This document shows positions 34,731 through 47,619 of a stretch of DNA of 51,188 nt, piece after piece. The number at the start of each line of letters is the position of its first letter. Position 1 is the stretch's first letter. Position numbers and translations under genes: made by a program. The notes under the pieces are model-generated. The model was not told the DNA's origin and did not search any database. It saw only the letters and a list, made by a program, of their open reading frames with translations. Source of the DNA: Octopus bimaculoides. Taxonomy: Eukaryota. The stretch spans positions 104,117,614 through 104,168,801 of the forward strand of contig NC_068983.1 of assembly GCF_001194135.2 (NCBI RefSeq), written 5' to 3'.

Positions 34731-37416
34731 CTTTTTGTTTGATGTGCTTAGAATTGCAGCTTTCAAAGTTGTTAGGATAGTGGGTCTCTCAACCAAAGGG
34801 TTATTAGAGTGTATACTATCACAGGCCATATTGTAGATGTAAAAACAATTAATTCCCTATGGACCACTTCACTTAGATGTAAATAGTACCATGGGAAATA
34901 CTGTATAATTAATGATTGTTTCATTTGCTTGAAATATTCCTCTGGGCTTTAAGAAAGTAATGTGTGGAAAGGACTCAGTTTAGTATGTCCTCACATAAAA
35001 CATTAAGATGACAGTCTTCTGTGGTGTTCCGACAATGAATTATGGGGTAATATTATTCTTATTGATGTATCATTTATCAACATTGCAGCTGAAAGTGTGC
35101 ATTTTTGAAAATCTATTGAAAATATTAATCAAAGATTCTATATTTTCCCCAGGAAAGAAGTGAGTGGGAAAGAGTGAGAGAGGTGGGGAAATATGTTGAA
35201 CTACTTTATATTCTTTTTGATAACAGTACCACCACTGCCTCCACCACCACCACCACCACCACCACCACACCACCACACCACCACTGCCACCGCCATCACC
35301 ATCACCACTACTATTACTACAACTACTTTTTAAATATCCATCATAGTTAATATGTCAAAAAGCCTAAACTGTTCAATAGGTTAGTTGGTATGCATAGGTA
35401 TTACATGTGTGTTTGTATGTATGTGTGTATGTATGTGTGTATGATGTGTGTATGTGTGCATGTGCACATGTGAGAAAGAGTGTGTGTATGGTGTGTATGT
35501 GCGTGCATATGTATGTGTAGATTAATGGCAGAAGTAAATATTTTACTTGCATAATGGAGATATTTTGTTTCTATAAAGCATATTAGTAGAGAGCTCAATA
35601 AATATGAAAATAAACTCATGCTTAGAGTGATAATATATTGAAATATAAAGATGACTGAGACAAAAAAGGATCTACTGGAAAATAAACACTGGCTATATAT
35701 ATATCTATATTAAAAGAATATATTGATGTGCTCATATGACTATAAATAGCAATAAACTTAGACCTGCCAAGAGACCTAAGACTCATAAAGCCAGAATCTA
35801 GCCCAGTTTCCATTGCATATAAGTGCCTGAGAATACAATACTCCCCATTCCTGAATAGGACAGTGGTCCTTCCAAGGGTTAACTTTTTAGTCATTGCTAG
35901 AACTCATTGACAGCTGAGTGAACAGGAGCAATGTAAATGAAGTGTTTTACACAAAAACATAATACACTGCTTGGTCCAAGAATTGGAAACTATGAACTTT
36001 TGATTGGGAGTGCAACACTCTAACCACTAGGCCATGTACCTTCATCAGATAACAATGATTATGTAAAATATAACAATTCACTCTTCAGCATACATAACTC
36101 ACACTGAAACCTACTATATCTGTCCAGTGTCGCCCTCTGTTGGATTCCCAGACAATGATGTTTCTATTTCTAGCCATTATCAAGGGGAAATACTTAAGGA
36201 AGGATAGATAGAGAGAGAGAGAGAGAGAATTATATGTATGCATGTGTGTGTCTGTGTGTGTGTCTGTGTGTGTATGTGTGTGTGTGTGTGTACGTGTGTG
36301 TGTATGTGTGTGCATAATTTTTTATTATTGCATTATTATCAGTTGTCCATAGATGAATATATAACATCTTCATGTCATAATTTTTCAGTGCAAAACTAAT
36401 GTCAGCTGGTTGCAAGTCCATCTCTTAGATGGATTGTCTTCACTACTAGTGAACACCATCTACTTTTGGCTATATTGGAAGGTCATTAACTTTCCTGAAT
36501 TCCTCTGCCCTTTGAAAGGTGTTGTTTTTCATCATACAGCATGTCCAAAAGTCACCCTCCTCACCAAGCAAGCTTGGTGAGATTGGCAGTTTAGTTGCTG
36601 ACGACCCGACCATACAATAGGTTGTACCAGGTTACATGTTACAAGTAGTGCTAGAGTAACCCGCCATATATATATCCCCCTCATCCTCATCCTCGTCATC
36701 ATTATTTAACATCTGTTTTCCATGCTGGCATGAGTTAGAAGGTTTAACAGGATCTAGCAAGCTGCAAGACTAATCAGTATGTGGCTTAGATGTCACAGTT
36801 TGGTAAGCACACCAACTAAGTCCTAATCGTATTTTGACCAATCAGCATGTGGCTTAGATGCCATGATTTGGTGAATGTGCCAATTTGGTTAGCATTCATC
36901 CCACTTTTTTCAACAAGATATTTTAGTCAATTGGTGTGCAGCTTGGATGTCACAGTTTGATGGGCAAGTTAAGGATTCTTTACTTTGACCGCACCTAAAG
37001 GAATAATTGTCTGGCTATATTTTGGAATGTATTGTAACTTATACAGTAGATATATAAATAGGGAAAATTTGAGCTATTTCTCTGTAGACTGAAAAAAAAA
37101 GGATGAACAGCCTTAATTGTCTTTCAAATTTCATTAGGTTCTCATCAGAGTTGTGTACATCAATTTGATCAATCCCAGTAAAAAATCAGTCAATCTGATT
37201 ATATATTCAACAAATACATTAGCAACAGAGAACTGCAGCTACTAATTTGCATATACCATTAATGGTTAACACTTTATTTAACACTAGCAGCCTGTCAATG
37301 GGGATCTCAGTTCACACAGTATCAAGGTATGATATAGTAGATGCTACCTATGCAGTAGATATATAAACAGGCCAAACTTAACTATTTCTCTGTGGACTGG
37401 AAAAAAATGATCAGAT

Positions 37417-37745
37417 TTAACCCTTTGGTATTTAAATGATTAATTCAAAAGAATGTGAATAAATATTCTGCTCATTTTATGTTCAAACTGGCCATATCCA
37501 GCCTTTCATACTTACCCTATAATGTCATTCTAAAATTAAACAATTACATCATCAAAATCTCAAAGCCACAAGATATCAATGATCAATTCCAAAGAATGTG
37601 AATAAATATTCTGTTCATTTTGTGTTCAAACTAGTCATATCCAACCTCCCACACTTACCCTACAGTGTTATTCTAAAAATAAGCAATCACAAGCCACAAG
37701 ATAATGAATGATTAATTCAAAAGAATGTGAATAAATAAGCATTTC
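37417..37745. mobile_element. piggyBac-type MITE with tandem amplification of its interior
   Basis: TTAA-CCCTTT left end; AATGAT(T/C)AATTC.AAAGAATGTGAATAAATA at about 37435, 37578 and 37707. Confidence 0.7.
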
Positions 37746-39049
37746 TAGCATGGGAAATGTAGATATAAAAATGGCAAAGATGGCAACATTGATGATATAT
37801 TTTGATGAAAATTATTTGAAGAAAATAATCATTATATATAATCACAATATTGCTGCCAAGACTTATAATGGAATTAAAAGGTTTGTTCTGCAATAAGAAA
37901 GAAAAAGAAGGCAAAGGAATTTTTTTTTTTTTAAAGGAAGAAAGGAAAGAGAAATATAAGAAAATATCTTTTAAGTAATTTGATAATAAATTGTTTAATG
38001 TTCTTTAAACCAACTCCCCAAATGTGATATTAATATTCTCTATGTAATCAGCATTTTCGTCCTTTGCATACTTTTTTACATTGTGACATATTGGGTGACC
38101 TTTGGATGATTCTGGAAAATAGAATTTAACCTCCACCTCCCCTCTCCCTCCTACACCCTCCTAATGCTTCCCAGTCTCCTTCAATCTTCCCATTCTTCTT
38201 CCCCAACCTTTCTCTTTTCTCTATATCAACATAATGTTTGGTGGTCCAACAATAATAATTATGTGATTGTCTGGGGTAGGCAGGGAGCTCATCACTGACA
38301 CCAGACTCTGTCAAGAAACCTTATGATGACTTGATTGCTGTGGGAGTTATAATGGATAGAAAGGAAACACACACATACACACCCTCCATCTCCACTAGCT
38401 CTCCACATGATAGAATTACTACAATAATCTATTGATGGCACATCTTTCTTACAAGCAGTGCCAGTACCATTCCATACAGTGGTCATGTCTGGAGGTTTTT
38501 TCTTTTTATCTTTTTTTGTTCTGGTGGTAATTTTTTTTGGCAATTGGGGAAGCAGTGCTTATGATTTGTTACAGGACTTTCAGGATGGTTGGAAGGGGGG
38601 AAGAAGGTATCTTCAAACTAGAACTTTGACCCAAATTCTTGCAACAGAGTGACCTCTACAAAAGGTCCCCACAGTGCTAGGTGTTGACATTAGACAAGGC
38701 AATGGGTGAAGTCCACTCTCCAAATAGGACATAGCAGGAGCTTAACTGAGAACACAAAGAGCTAGTACAAATACCACAAGACACCTAATCCAATGTTGTT
38801 TCAATTCTGCCAATCCACCCCCTTGGAATGCTACTTTATTTATCAACACCAAAAGGATAAAAAGCAAAGGTAACCTCGGCAGCATTTGAACTCAGAATGC
38901 TGTGAATCAAACAGACTCATGGCAGACCTTGTAGAGAGCATGTTGTTCATGAGGTCCTGAGTAGTGACAAAAGGACTTTGACAAACAACCAATCAACTTA
39001 ATGCTTAATCAATACATTAAACAAACAATCAATTAGTTAGTTGATTAGA

Positions 39050-39830
39050 TATTTAACTAATTAACTAATTATAGAGAAGTTATATTGAACCAGATTGTGT
39101 GTTATTATTATTGGTATAATGAACATCCCAAGACACAAGATTTGTTTCAATATGCAAATTCACACCAAGAAACTTGCAGACCAAGTACAAAAACAGATCA
39201 AAACTGTAGTTGAGAAAAACTTAGCTGACATGGAAAACTGGAAACCATCTGAATATTGGAAAAGAGTTACCTGTATCATGATGATTCATGCTGGGTATCA
39301 AAATGCTGACATCATGACTGCTGCTTAATGCTGTGCGAACACTGTAAAGGCTGTATGCTACAACATGGACATCAAGGAAACTAAATTCCCCCTAACTGTG
39401 ATCGTCTTTGGGTATGTCTCCAGAGAAGATGACATCATGCTGCCCCACATCTTTGAACAGGTTCAAGCCCTGGATGGAGTGGGTTGCTGCTGGAAGGCCA
39501 CGTGTATGGCAGCAGGATTTGGCTCTTTGCCATACATCCAGAAGAGTTGCCAGTAGTTGTCAGAGAATTTCTACAACTTCACCAACCCTAATTTCTGGCC
39601 TCTCAATTCCCCCAGTTGTAATCCTATGGATTACTATGTGTGGCTCAGTTGAGAAAAGACACCAATTGCTCTGCCTGCAACACCAAGGCCAAGCTGGTGG
39701 CCAAGATCAAGGGGGTGTTCCAACATCTACTTAGAAACTCAGTGAGGAATACATGCATTGGGTTCTGGAACTGTCTTGAGGCTTTGGTGGAAGCTGTGGG
39801 CAGCTACTTTGAGTAAATTGTTATTTCCCA
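39050..39830 (+). mobile_element. DD37D (maT-like) Tc1/mariner deletion derivative
   Basis: MENWKPSEYWKR start; TKFPLTVIVFGYVS, WQQDLALCHTS, FWPLNSPSCNPMDYYVW and LEALVEAVGSYFE. Confidence 0.85.
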
Positions 39831-39940
39831 GTCATAATCTAGTTGATATTTAATTTTTTTTTAAATACTTTAAATTTTGGATGGGATGTTGTGTCTTCTT
39901 TCCCTTTTATGCAAACTGTCAAATGTAGCCTGAGCAGCCC

Positions 39941-40058
<118 letters not shown>

Positions 40059-40162
40059 GCGCGCATGCGCGTGCATGTGCATGCATGCGTGTGTACATAC
40101 ACAAGTATATTTATATATTATTATATAAATATCTATAATAAATGTAATACATATATTATATG

Positions 40163-41010
40163 CAGGGTGCAATGAATATATTGTCACCTAAGTTACACAA
40201 AAATGAAAATAACACTGACATCTCATTTTAACAAATGTATTTACTAAGATTACATAATAAAATCACCATTGGCTTCAACCATGGCCTCCAGATGACTTTG
40301 GAATCTCCTGCAACTCTTCTGGACGGTCTCCATATTTAAGTTGGTGAATGCAGTCATAATCCTTGCCTTCATTTCATCTTTGGTGTTACAAGGAGTTTTG
40401 TTGGTCTCTTGCTCAACTGCACCCCATTCATAATGATCAAAGGGGTTGCATGCTGGGGAGTTAGGTGGCCAGATGTTAGGGGCGATGTGGTTGTAGAGGT
40501 TGTCTGACAACCATAACTGGGTTCTCCTGCTTGTGTGCCATGGTGCAGAGTCCTGTTGCCAGATATAGGGTCTTCCAGCAGCCACCCTCTTGACCAGGGC
40601 AGCACTACCTCCTCCAGGCACTTGATGTAAGCATCTGTGTTGAGTCTGAGGCCATATGGGAAGATGAATGGAGGCATAACATTGCCATCACTACTGATCA
40701 CTCCAAACATCATGAGGTTGACTGGATGCTTGATTTTTATCACTCTCAGTACATGTTTTGGGGATACAGCAAGCCAATGGTTGTCTGTGTGTTCACCATC
40801 TGTTTGTATTGGAGCTTCCATTGTGAATGCCAAACAGTACAGCATATCGTTTCCAAACCTGGCAGAGTGAATTATGGGATGGTGCTGTTTTTCTCACAGA
40901 CAGTGCCCAACTGACCCTACTTTACAGTGTAGTCAGCAAAATCAAAAACAAACAATGCGCATGTGCAATATTAAAGTATAAAATGTCAGCAATGTACCCA
41001 TCGCACCCTG
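40163..41010 (-). mobile_element. DD37D (maT-like) element with both terminal repeats, internally deleted
   Basis: Terminal repeats CAGGGTGCAATGAATATATTG and CAGGGTGCGATGGGTACATTG; 37 residues between WQQD and the D of NPFD; N-terminus KRYAVLFGIH fused directly to the catalytic domain. Confidence 0.9.
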
Positions 41011-41048
41011 TATATAATATGTGTATATATTATATATACACGCATTAT

Positions 41049-41082
<34 letters not shown>

Positions 41083-41264
41083 NNNNNNNNNNNNNNNNNN
41101 NNNNNNNNNNNNNNNNNNNNNNNNNNNNNNNNNNNNNNNNNNNNNNNNNNNNNNNNNNNNNNNNNNNNNNNNNNNNNNNNNNNNNNNNNNNNNNNNNNNN
41201 NNNNNNNNNNNNNNNNNNNNNNNNNNNNNNNNNNNNNNNNNNNNNNNNNNNNNNNNNNNNNNNN

Positions 41265-41320
<56 letters not shown>

Positions 41321-41689
41321 GAGGGACTGTGTGGAAATTTATATACTTTCCTAAAATAATCATAAACGAAAATCTGGAAAATTGTTTGTGCTTTCTTCTT
41401 CAGTAGGAATACACAATATATCTTCTGTTTATAGACTTAGGTTTCAGTTGTTTCTTTAACTTTATCTTCTATATAAATAAATTCTTCCAGCCATTACTCA
41501 TAGCTATTCAATTAATAAATTTTCTTGAACAAAATGTATATTTTGCCATGAACATCACACCTAAAATAGCCTGCTATTATCTTTTATCTTTTAGTTGTTT
41601 CACTCATATTAGACTCTGGCCTTGTTGGGGAGTTTTAGTTGAATGAATCAACCCCAGGACTTATTTTTTTATAAGCCTGTAGTGTTCAA

Positions 41690-41870
41690 TGGTGGAATTA
41701 GGGGTGTTGGACACAAGTATGATGAGAAGAGGGGAAATCTGTGGGTCAGGAATGCTTGAGTGGGGGTGGGGGGTGACATGAATCTAGTCAGCTCTGAGAA
41801 GTAGAGATCATTATAGTAATGGTAGAAGTGAATTTCCGCCATTGACAGAGAACCACAGTAGAATTTTAGA
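41690..41870 (-). mobile_element. Possible decayed CR1/L2-group LINE 3' coding fragment
   Basis: GSLS...FYHYYNDLYFSELTRFMSPP resembles ASLSLFYRYY.G.CSSEL..L.P. Confidence 0.4.
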
Positions 41871-42344
41871 AAAATCAAACAAGCAGATAAAGTTTACTAA
41901 AAATCCAGTCTGTAGTCCCAGTGTAGACATTGGCTCAACATGGCTACCTTAACTGAGAACTGAATTTTAAATAAATTAAAGATGAAACATTAATGGTACA
42001 TATATCAGTGGTCTTGTGGTAAGAGTATTAGTAACTTTGGCTCAGGAATAAAAATTCTGAGTTCAAATCCAGCCTGATAATATATACTCACCTAAAACTA
42101 AGAAAATTGCTGATGATTGGAAATCAAGCTAATTGAAACCTTTAAGTAGATGTCTAAGTAAATATTGAAACTTTTGTTAGACAAGGTTGACAATCCCAAA
42201 ATTTTAAATCATATTGACATGAAACAGTTTTCAGTTCCTGGTTGAGCAGTTAGTGTATGAGTGACATCCATCCATAAAGGCAACTGCTCAAATAAGGAAA
42301 CCATGTTTGATAATGGTGAAATGGGGAGAAATAATAATACAATA

Positions 42345-42550
42345 ATGTTTCCAAATTTTGGCACAAGCCCAGCAATTTTCGGCGAGGGGATAAATCAATT
42401 ACATTGACCCCCAGTACTCAACTGGTGCTTATGTTATCAACCCCGAGAGGATAAAAGGCGACGCCAACCCCAGTGGAATTTGAACTCAGAACACAAAGAC
42501 AGTTGAAATGATGTAAAGCATTTTTCCTGGTGTGATTCTGCCAGCTTGTC
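42345..42550 (-). mobile_element. SINE family B, decayed
   Basis: Family consensus with (ATT)n tail. Confidence 0.8.
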
Positions 42551-42571
42551 ATCTTAGAAAAAAAATAAATA

Positions 42572-42647
<76 letters not shown>

Positions 42648-42818
42648 GCGAAACGGGCTGATTACTACCTAGCTCAGATACCAGGAAACCCCAAAATGGC
42701 TGAAGTTCAAAAGATAGTGCTCATGGGAACTGCCCATATCCTACGTAAAATACTGTCTATGTGATCTCAAATTTTAAAGCAAACACATAATTTTCTTATG
42801 GTTTCTTAAACATTCACT
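42648..42818 (+). mobile_element. R4/Dong-type (RLE) non-LTR retrotransposon 3' fragment 1
   Basis: YYLAQIPGNPKMAEVQKIVLMGTAHILRKILSM-stop (42762-42764); preceded by long (TAA)n. Confidence 0.75.
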
Positions 42819-43015
42819 NNNNNNNNNNNNNNNNNNNNNNNNNNNNNNNNNNNNNNNNNNNNNNNNNNNNNNNNNNNNNNNNNNNNNNNNNNNNNNNNNN
42901 NNNNNNNNNNNNNNNNNNNNNNNNNNNNNNNNNNNNNNNNNNNNNNNNNNNNNNNNNNNNNNNNNNNNNNNNNNNNNNNNNNNNNNNNNNNNNNNNNNNN
43001 NNNNNNNNNNNNNNN

Positions 43016-43260
43016 ATAGTAGGTGCCTTAGGTATAATAAAAAAATATTCAGACAAATACATAACAAAAACACCAGGACTTACAAATATATATAACATAC
43101 AGAAAATTGCACTACTGGGTACTGCACACATTCTACGCAAAACACTTTCAATACAGTAAACATAAGAGCACCACAGCAAACCACAGCACATACCCAAGGC
43201 GCACAGAGCTGCGCTCGGTAGTGAAGTGAAAGCACGTTATAAAAATAAAACTACTGAACA
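43016..43260 (+). mobile_element. R4/Dong-type (RLE) non-LTR retrotransposon 3' fragment 2
   Basis: VGALGIIKK...TPGLTNIYNIQKIALLGTAHILRKTLSIQ-stop (43157-43159), 3'UTR, then (TAA)n. Confidence 0.8.
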
Positions 43261-43293
43261 ATAATAATAATAATAATAATAATAATGATAATA

Positions 43294-43324
<31 letters not shown>

Positions 43325-43842
43325 CGATGACAACAACAACAACAACAACAATGGTTTCTAATTGAGGAACAATGTTAGTAATCTGAAGGGAATGGTTAGT
43401 CAATACCGTCAACTCCAGTTCTTTATTTTATTAATCTTATTGAAAGACAAAGTTGATCTCAGCTGGGGTGCATACAGGGAGGCATATTTTCTGATATTCT
43501 CACAATTCTAGCAATCCAATAGTGTATGCTAGTTGGCTGATTAAAGCAAATCAAAAAAGATAGGACATGCTGTTACAGTAAATATGACCATCCCCTCAGA
43601 CCATCCTTTCAGACAAATAATTCCTCTATGAAGTTGTTTTGCTAATTAGCCAAGGATAATGACTTGAAAACATCACAACCATGACATCTGAAAGTAATAA
43701 TAATTCCATCAACAACTGGCACATTTGGATTAATTACGAAAATGAGAATTGAAAAATACAGAGTGACTCATAGCCTAATAATAGAGCATCTAAGTGGTCA
43801 GCAAGCCTGCTAGAAACAGAAACTAAATCTCCCTCAGATCAC

Positions 43843-44058
43843 TATGAGGCAGGTGTTGAAAAGTTCCTGGCTTTTAGGGTGTCATGAAAAATTTGGTTGG
43901 AGGCCCAATGTTCTAAGTTCTTTTACAAGGCTTAGAAAATCTGAAGGACTGTTGCAATAAGTGTGTGAATCTGAGAGATGAATATGTTGAATAAAATCAT
44001 GATTAACTTATTCTCCTGTATTTTCATTTTTCACCCAAACTTTTCAGCACCCTCTCAT
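43843..44058 (+). mobile_element. Mariner-derived MITE
   Basis: Terminal repeats TATGAGGCAGGTGTTGAAAAGTT and (reverse complement) ATGAGAGGGTGCTGAAAAGTT; retains YKGLENL..CCNKCVNLRDEYVE-stop. Confidence 0.75.
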
Positions 44059-44137
44059 GTTTACTGTCTTTAAAAAAAGAAACATACACTAAATGATATC
44101 ACCCTAGATACATTATGTGTGAAAATATAGTATAACT

Positions 44138-44355
44138 CTTTACTATTAACACCAGCCATATCTAGCCAAAATATTCTTCCTGTTTTATGTTCAAACTGAC
44201 CAGATCCAGCCTCTCACACCTACCCTACAATGTTAGTCTAAAAAGATATACAAACAATCGAAATCTCAAAGCTACAAGATAATGCAAGATAAGTTCAAAA
44301 CAATGTGAATAAATAAGCAACACATTTGATAGAATAATCTGGAAGCTAAAGGGAT
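44138..44355. mobile_element. piggyBac-type MITE, decayed
   Basis: Same body as 2804-3262; ends GCTAAAGGGATAA. Confidence 0.65.
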
Positions 44356-44664
44356 AAATAAAATGCTTTTTATCACAGAGCTATCCAATCAGGTGCTGAC
44401 CTGCAATTAATCAACAAAAAAACACTAGTGACTCAAGGCTGCCTGAAATATAAACGATCTTATCAGCATTATAAAGTTTTGTCTGCATGATTACTTGATC
44501 CAAACATTGTCTATTATTGCATGTACTTTCTTAAGGCTTTATTTTTAGTTTGTCTACTTGTTTTTTGTAAGTATAATCTGTAACATTCTTATCATAATTT
44601 CACTTGGCCTCTGTGTCTGGATGATGACATGGCAAATAATGAAAATACAAACAAAAAACTGAAA

Positions 44665-45328
44665 TTAGTAATGATAATAATAATTTCATTTATTTGCCAC
44701 AAGGGCGAATGATGAGGGGAACAATTCAATGACAGACATAAAGTGTAGGGGCTTACATATAATGAAATGATAAAAAAAAGTAAGTATACAGGAAGGCCCC
44801 TAGGGATAATTAAGGAACCCCACCGTCCAAAATTTCCCAGAAACTCCAAGAGCAAGTGCCCTCTCCAATCCCTTCTCTCCAACTCACAGGTCTTCACTTA
44901 GAGAGGTACCATCCACTCTTGCCATTTTCCCAACTTTCACCCACCTTTCAATAAATTCACTCGAGGACAGCACTTCCCTCTCCATTCTCAGTTTCCTTTT
45001 CAAGTGAAACTTGAAGAAGTCAATGAGAGCTCTAGCAAAGAGGAATGTATCTGTCATCATGCCTTTCAGCCTTGTCCACCAAACAACCTCTTTCCACACA
45101 GCCACCAGGCAAAGGAAAACTGCTTTGCCTGCCCAATTGAAGGAGGGCGGTGGGGTGATCATCACTGCAGACTCAGCCAACAGATGGATCCGTCCCACAC
45201 ATGACAGCAGCTGTTCAACATAACCCCACAAGTCAGCAATGCCTGGACACTGAACAAGGGCATGCAGAACAGTTTCATCACTCTGCGTGCACCTTGGATA
45301 AGCCCGTCTGACAGCACATTCGTACCTG
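44665..45328 (-). mobile_element. L1/Tx1-clade LINE 3' fragment (ORF2 zinc knuckle, C-terminus, 3'UTR)
   Basis: Open frame 45328-44884 with (C)PRCTQSDETVLHALVQCP..LW, the CxxC..ET..H...C motif; 3'UTR ends AATAAA plus (ATT)n. Confidence 0.85.
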
Positions 45329-46191
45329 TATAATAATAATAATGGTTTCAAATTCAGCACAAGATTATCAGATTTGAGGAGGGGCTAAGTCGATTAAATC
45401 AGCTCCAGTGTTCAACTATTACTTATTTTATTGATCTCAAAAGGCTGAAAGGCAAAGTCGACCTCAGTGGAATCTGATGGAGGAAACACCACTTAGCATT
45501 TTGCCCAGCATTCAGCCATATTGCTGCATTATTAATAATATTAATAATAATCCTTTCTACTATAGGCACAAGGCCTGAAATTTTAGCAGAGGCGTTAAGT
45601 TGATTACATCAACCCCAGTGTGTAATTGGTACTTAACTTATTGACCCCGAAAGAATGAGAGGCAAAGTCGACCTCAGCAGAATTTGAGCTCAGAACATAA
45701 GAACAGACAAAATGCCACTAAGCATTTTGCCCAGCGTGCTAACAATTCTGCCAGCTCACTGCCTTGATTATAATAATAATAGTAATAATAATAATTGATT
45801 TCAAATTTTGGCACAAGGCCAAAAGATCAGGGTCAAAAGAGCATTGACCCCTGTGCACAACTGGTATTTATTTCATCAACCCCAGAAGGATGAAAGGCAA
45901 GGTTGATCTCAACAGCATTTGAACTCAGAGCACGAGGACAGCTTGGCATGCTAACAATTCTTCCAGCTTGCTGCATTAATAATCCTTTCTACAATAAGCA
46001 CAAGGCCTGAAATTTTGAGGTGGGGACTAATCAATTACATCGGCCCCAGTGTTTCACTGGTACTTATTTCATCGATCCCAAAAGGATGAAAGTCGACTCT
46101 GGCGGAATTTGAACTCAAAACATAGTGACAGGTGAAATACCATTAAGCATTTCGTCCAGCATGCTAACAATTCTGCCAACTCCCCACCTTA
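45329..46191 (-). mobile_element. Four head-to-tail family B SINEs
   Basis: Copies at about 45335, 45545, 45775 and 45984, each with an (ATT)n tail; the last is flanked by a 17-bp TSD. Confidence 0.85.
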
Positions 46192-46824
46192 CTTGCTGCA
46201 TTAATAATAAAAATAATGATAATAATAACCACAAAGACCTAAAAATACAAAACTTTTACTTGGGACTTACAAAGGAAGAACTGAACTGCCAGGTGTAAAA
46301 GACACATTTACAAATACATATTATGTTAGTACATATATATATATATCTATATATATACACATTCACATACACTCATATCTACATATATAAACATATACAA
46401 ACACATACTTGCATAGAGCATAGAAATAAGTAGAAAAAGTGCCATAAAACATGATAATTAAAACAAATTGTAATTAATGTGATTACAGCATAGAATACAC
46501 ATCTTAACCATTTGGGGCTAGAGTGTGTATTCTAAATTTTGACACTTAACAATAAACTTCAAATGAAGTTAATAGTCTCAGTGTGTTTTTGAATAACAAA
46601 TATGTGCTTTTCCCACAGCAAAAGTTTTAGTTTCAACACGCATCTCAACTCAAACCACTTGCTTGTCATGTACACCTCTGAAAACATAATTAATAGGAAA
46701 TGAAACATGAAAGATTAATTACTGGTTGGGTTTAATTAGGGCACTCCATAACCCTCTTCATTCAAACATTTCTCAAATTGTGTACAAGGATAATGAATGC
46801 AATGGTAAGCATTTTTGGTGACAC

Positions 46825-47055
46825 ATAAAAGGTGCCCATGCCAGAGACATGTAAATAGCACCCATGTAGGTGACATGCAAAAGACACCCAGTACACTCTA
46901 TGAAGTGGTTGGCATTAGGAAGGGCATCCAGCATAGAAACCAAGCCAAAACAGACTGAAGCCTGGTGCAGCTCTCTGGCTTACCAGTGTCAGTCAAACTA
47001 TCTAACCCATGCCAGCATGAAAAATGGATGTTAAATGACGGTGATGATGATGATT
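46825..47055 (+). mobile_element. RTE tail fragment with (GAT)n
   Basis: Family 3' consensus. Confidence 0.75.
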
Positions 47056-47124
47056 TAGTGTTTAAAACATCCAGTGTCTTTAGAATGTTCTCTTTTAAGT
47101 TCAGGATAAGGTTCTTAGTTTCAA

Positions 47125-47615
47125 AATATCATCATCATCATTTAATGCCTGTTGTCCATGCCTGTTGACATGGGTTGGATAGTTTGACCAGGGCTGGCAA
47201 GCTAGAAGGCTGCACCAGACTCCTGCTTGACTTGGCATAGATTCTATGGCTGGATGCCCTTCCTAACGCCAACCACTTAACAGAGTGTAATGCGTGCTTT
47301 TACATGCCACCAGCATGGCTGCTATTTGTGTGACATTAGTATCTGCCACAACTGCAATTTTACTTGGCTTGAATTTTCTTCTCAAGCACAACATTATGCC
47401 AAAGGCCTCAGTCATTGCCTCTGTGAGGCCCAACACTCAAAAGGAGCTCAGTCACTTTGCCTCCATGAGGCCCAATGCTCAAAAAGTGCTTTTTACATAC
47501 CACCAGCACAGATGCCAGTTACATGACACCAGCATCAGCCACGATTACAATTTCATTTGGCTTGATGGGTCTTCTCAAGCACAGCATATCACCAAAGGCC
47601 TTGGTCACTAGTCAT
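47125..47615 (-). mobile_element. RTE tail fragment, decayed, with internal duplications
   Basis: (ATC)n on the plus strand then family consensus; GAGGCCCAA and TTCTCAAGCAC segments duplicated. Confidence 0.75.
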
Positions 47616-47619
47616 TGTT

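Noticed and set aside
35087-35159. Plus-strand exon candidates here and at about 16450-16537, 36390-36480 and 46740-46804
   Set aside because: An open frame plus one good splice site each, but no recognisable protein or compatible chain of phases; expected by chance.
37115-37155. Minus-strand CTGATGA...GAAA as a hammerhead (also about 2710-2752)
   Set aside because: Core words occur by chance; flanking helices do not pair.
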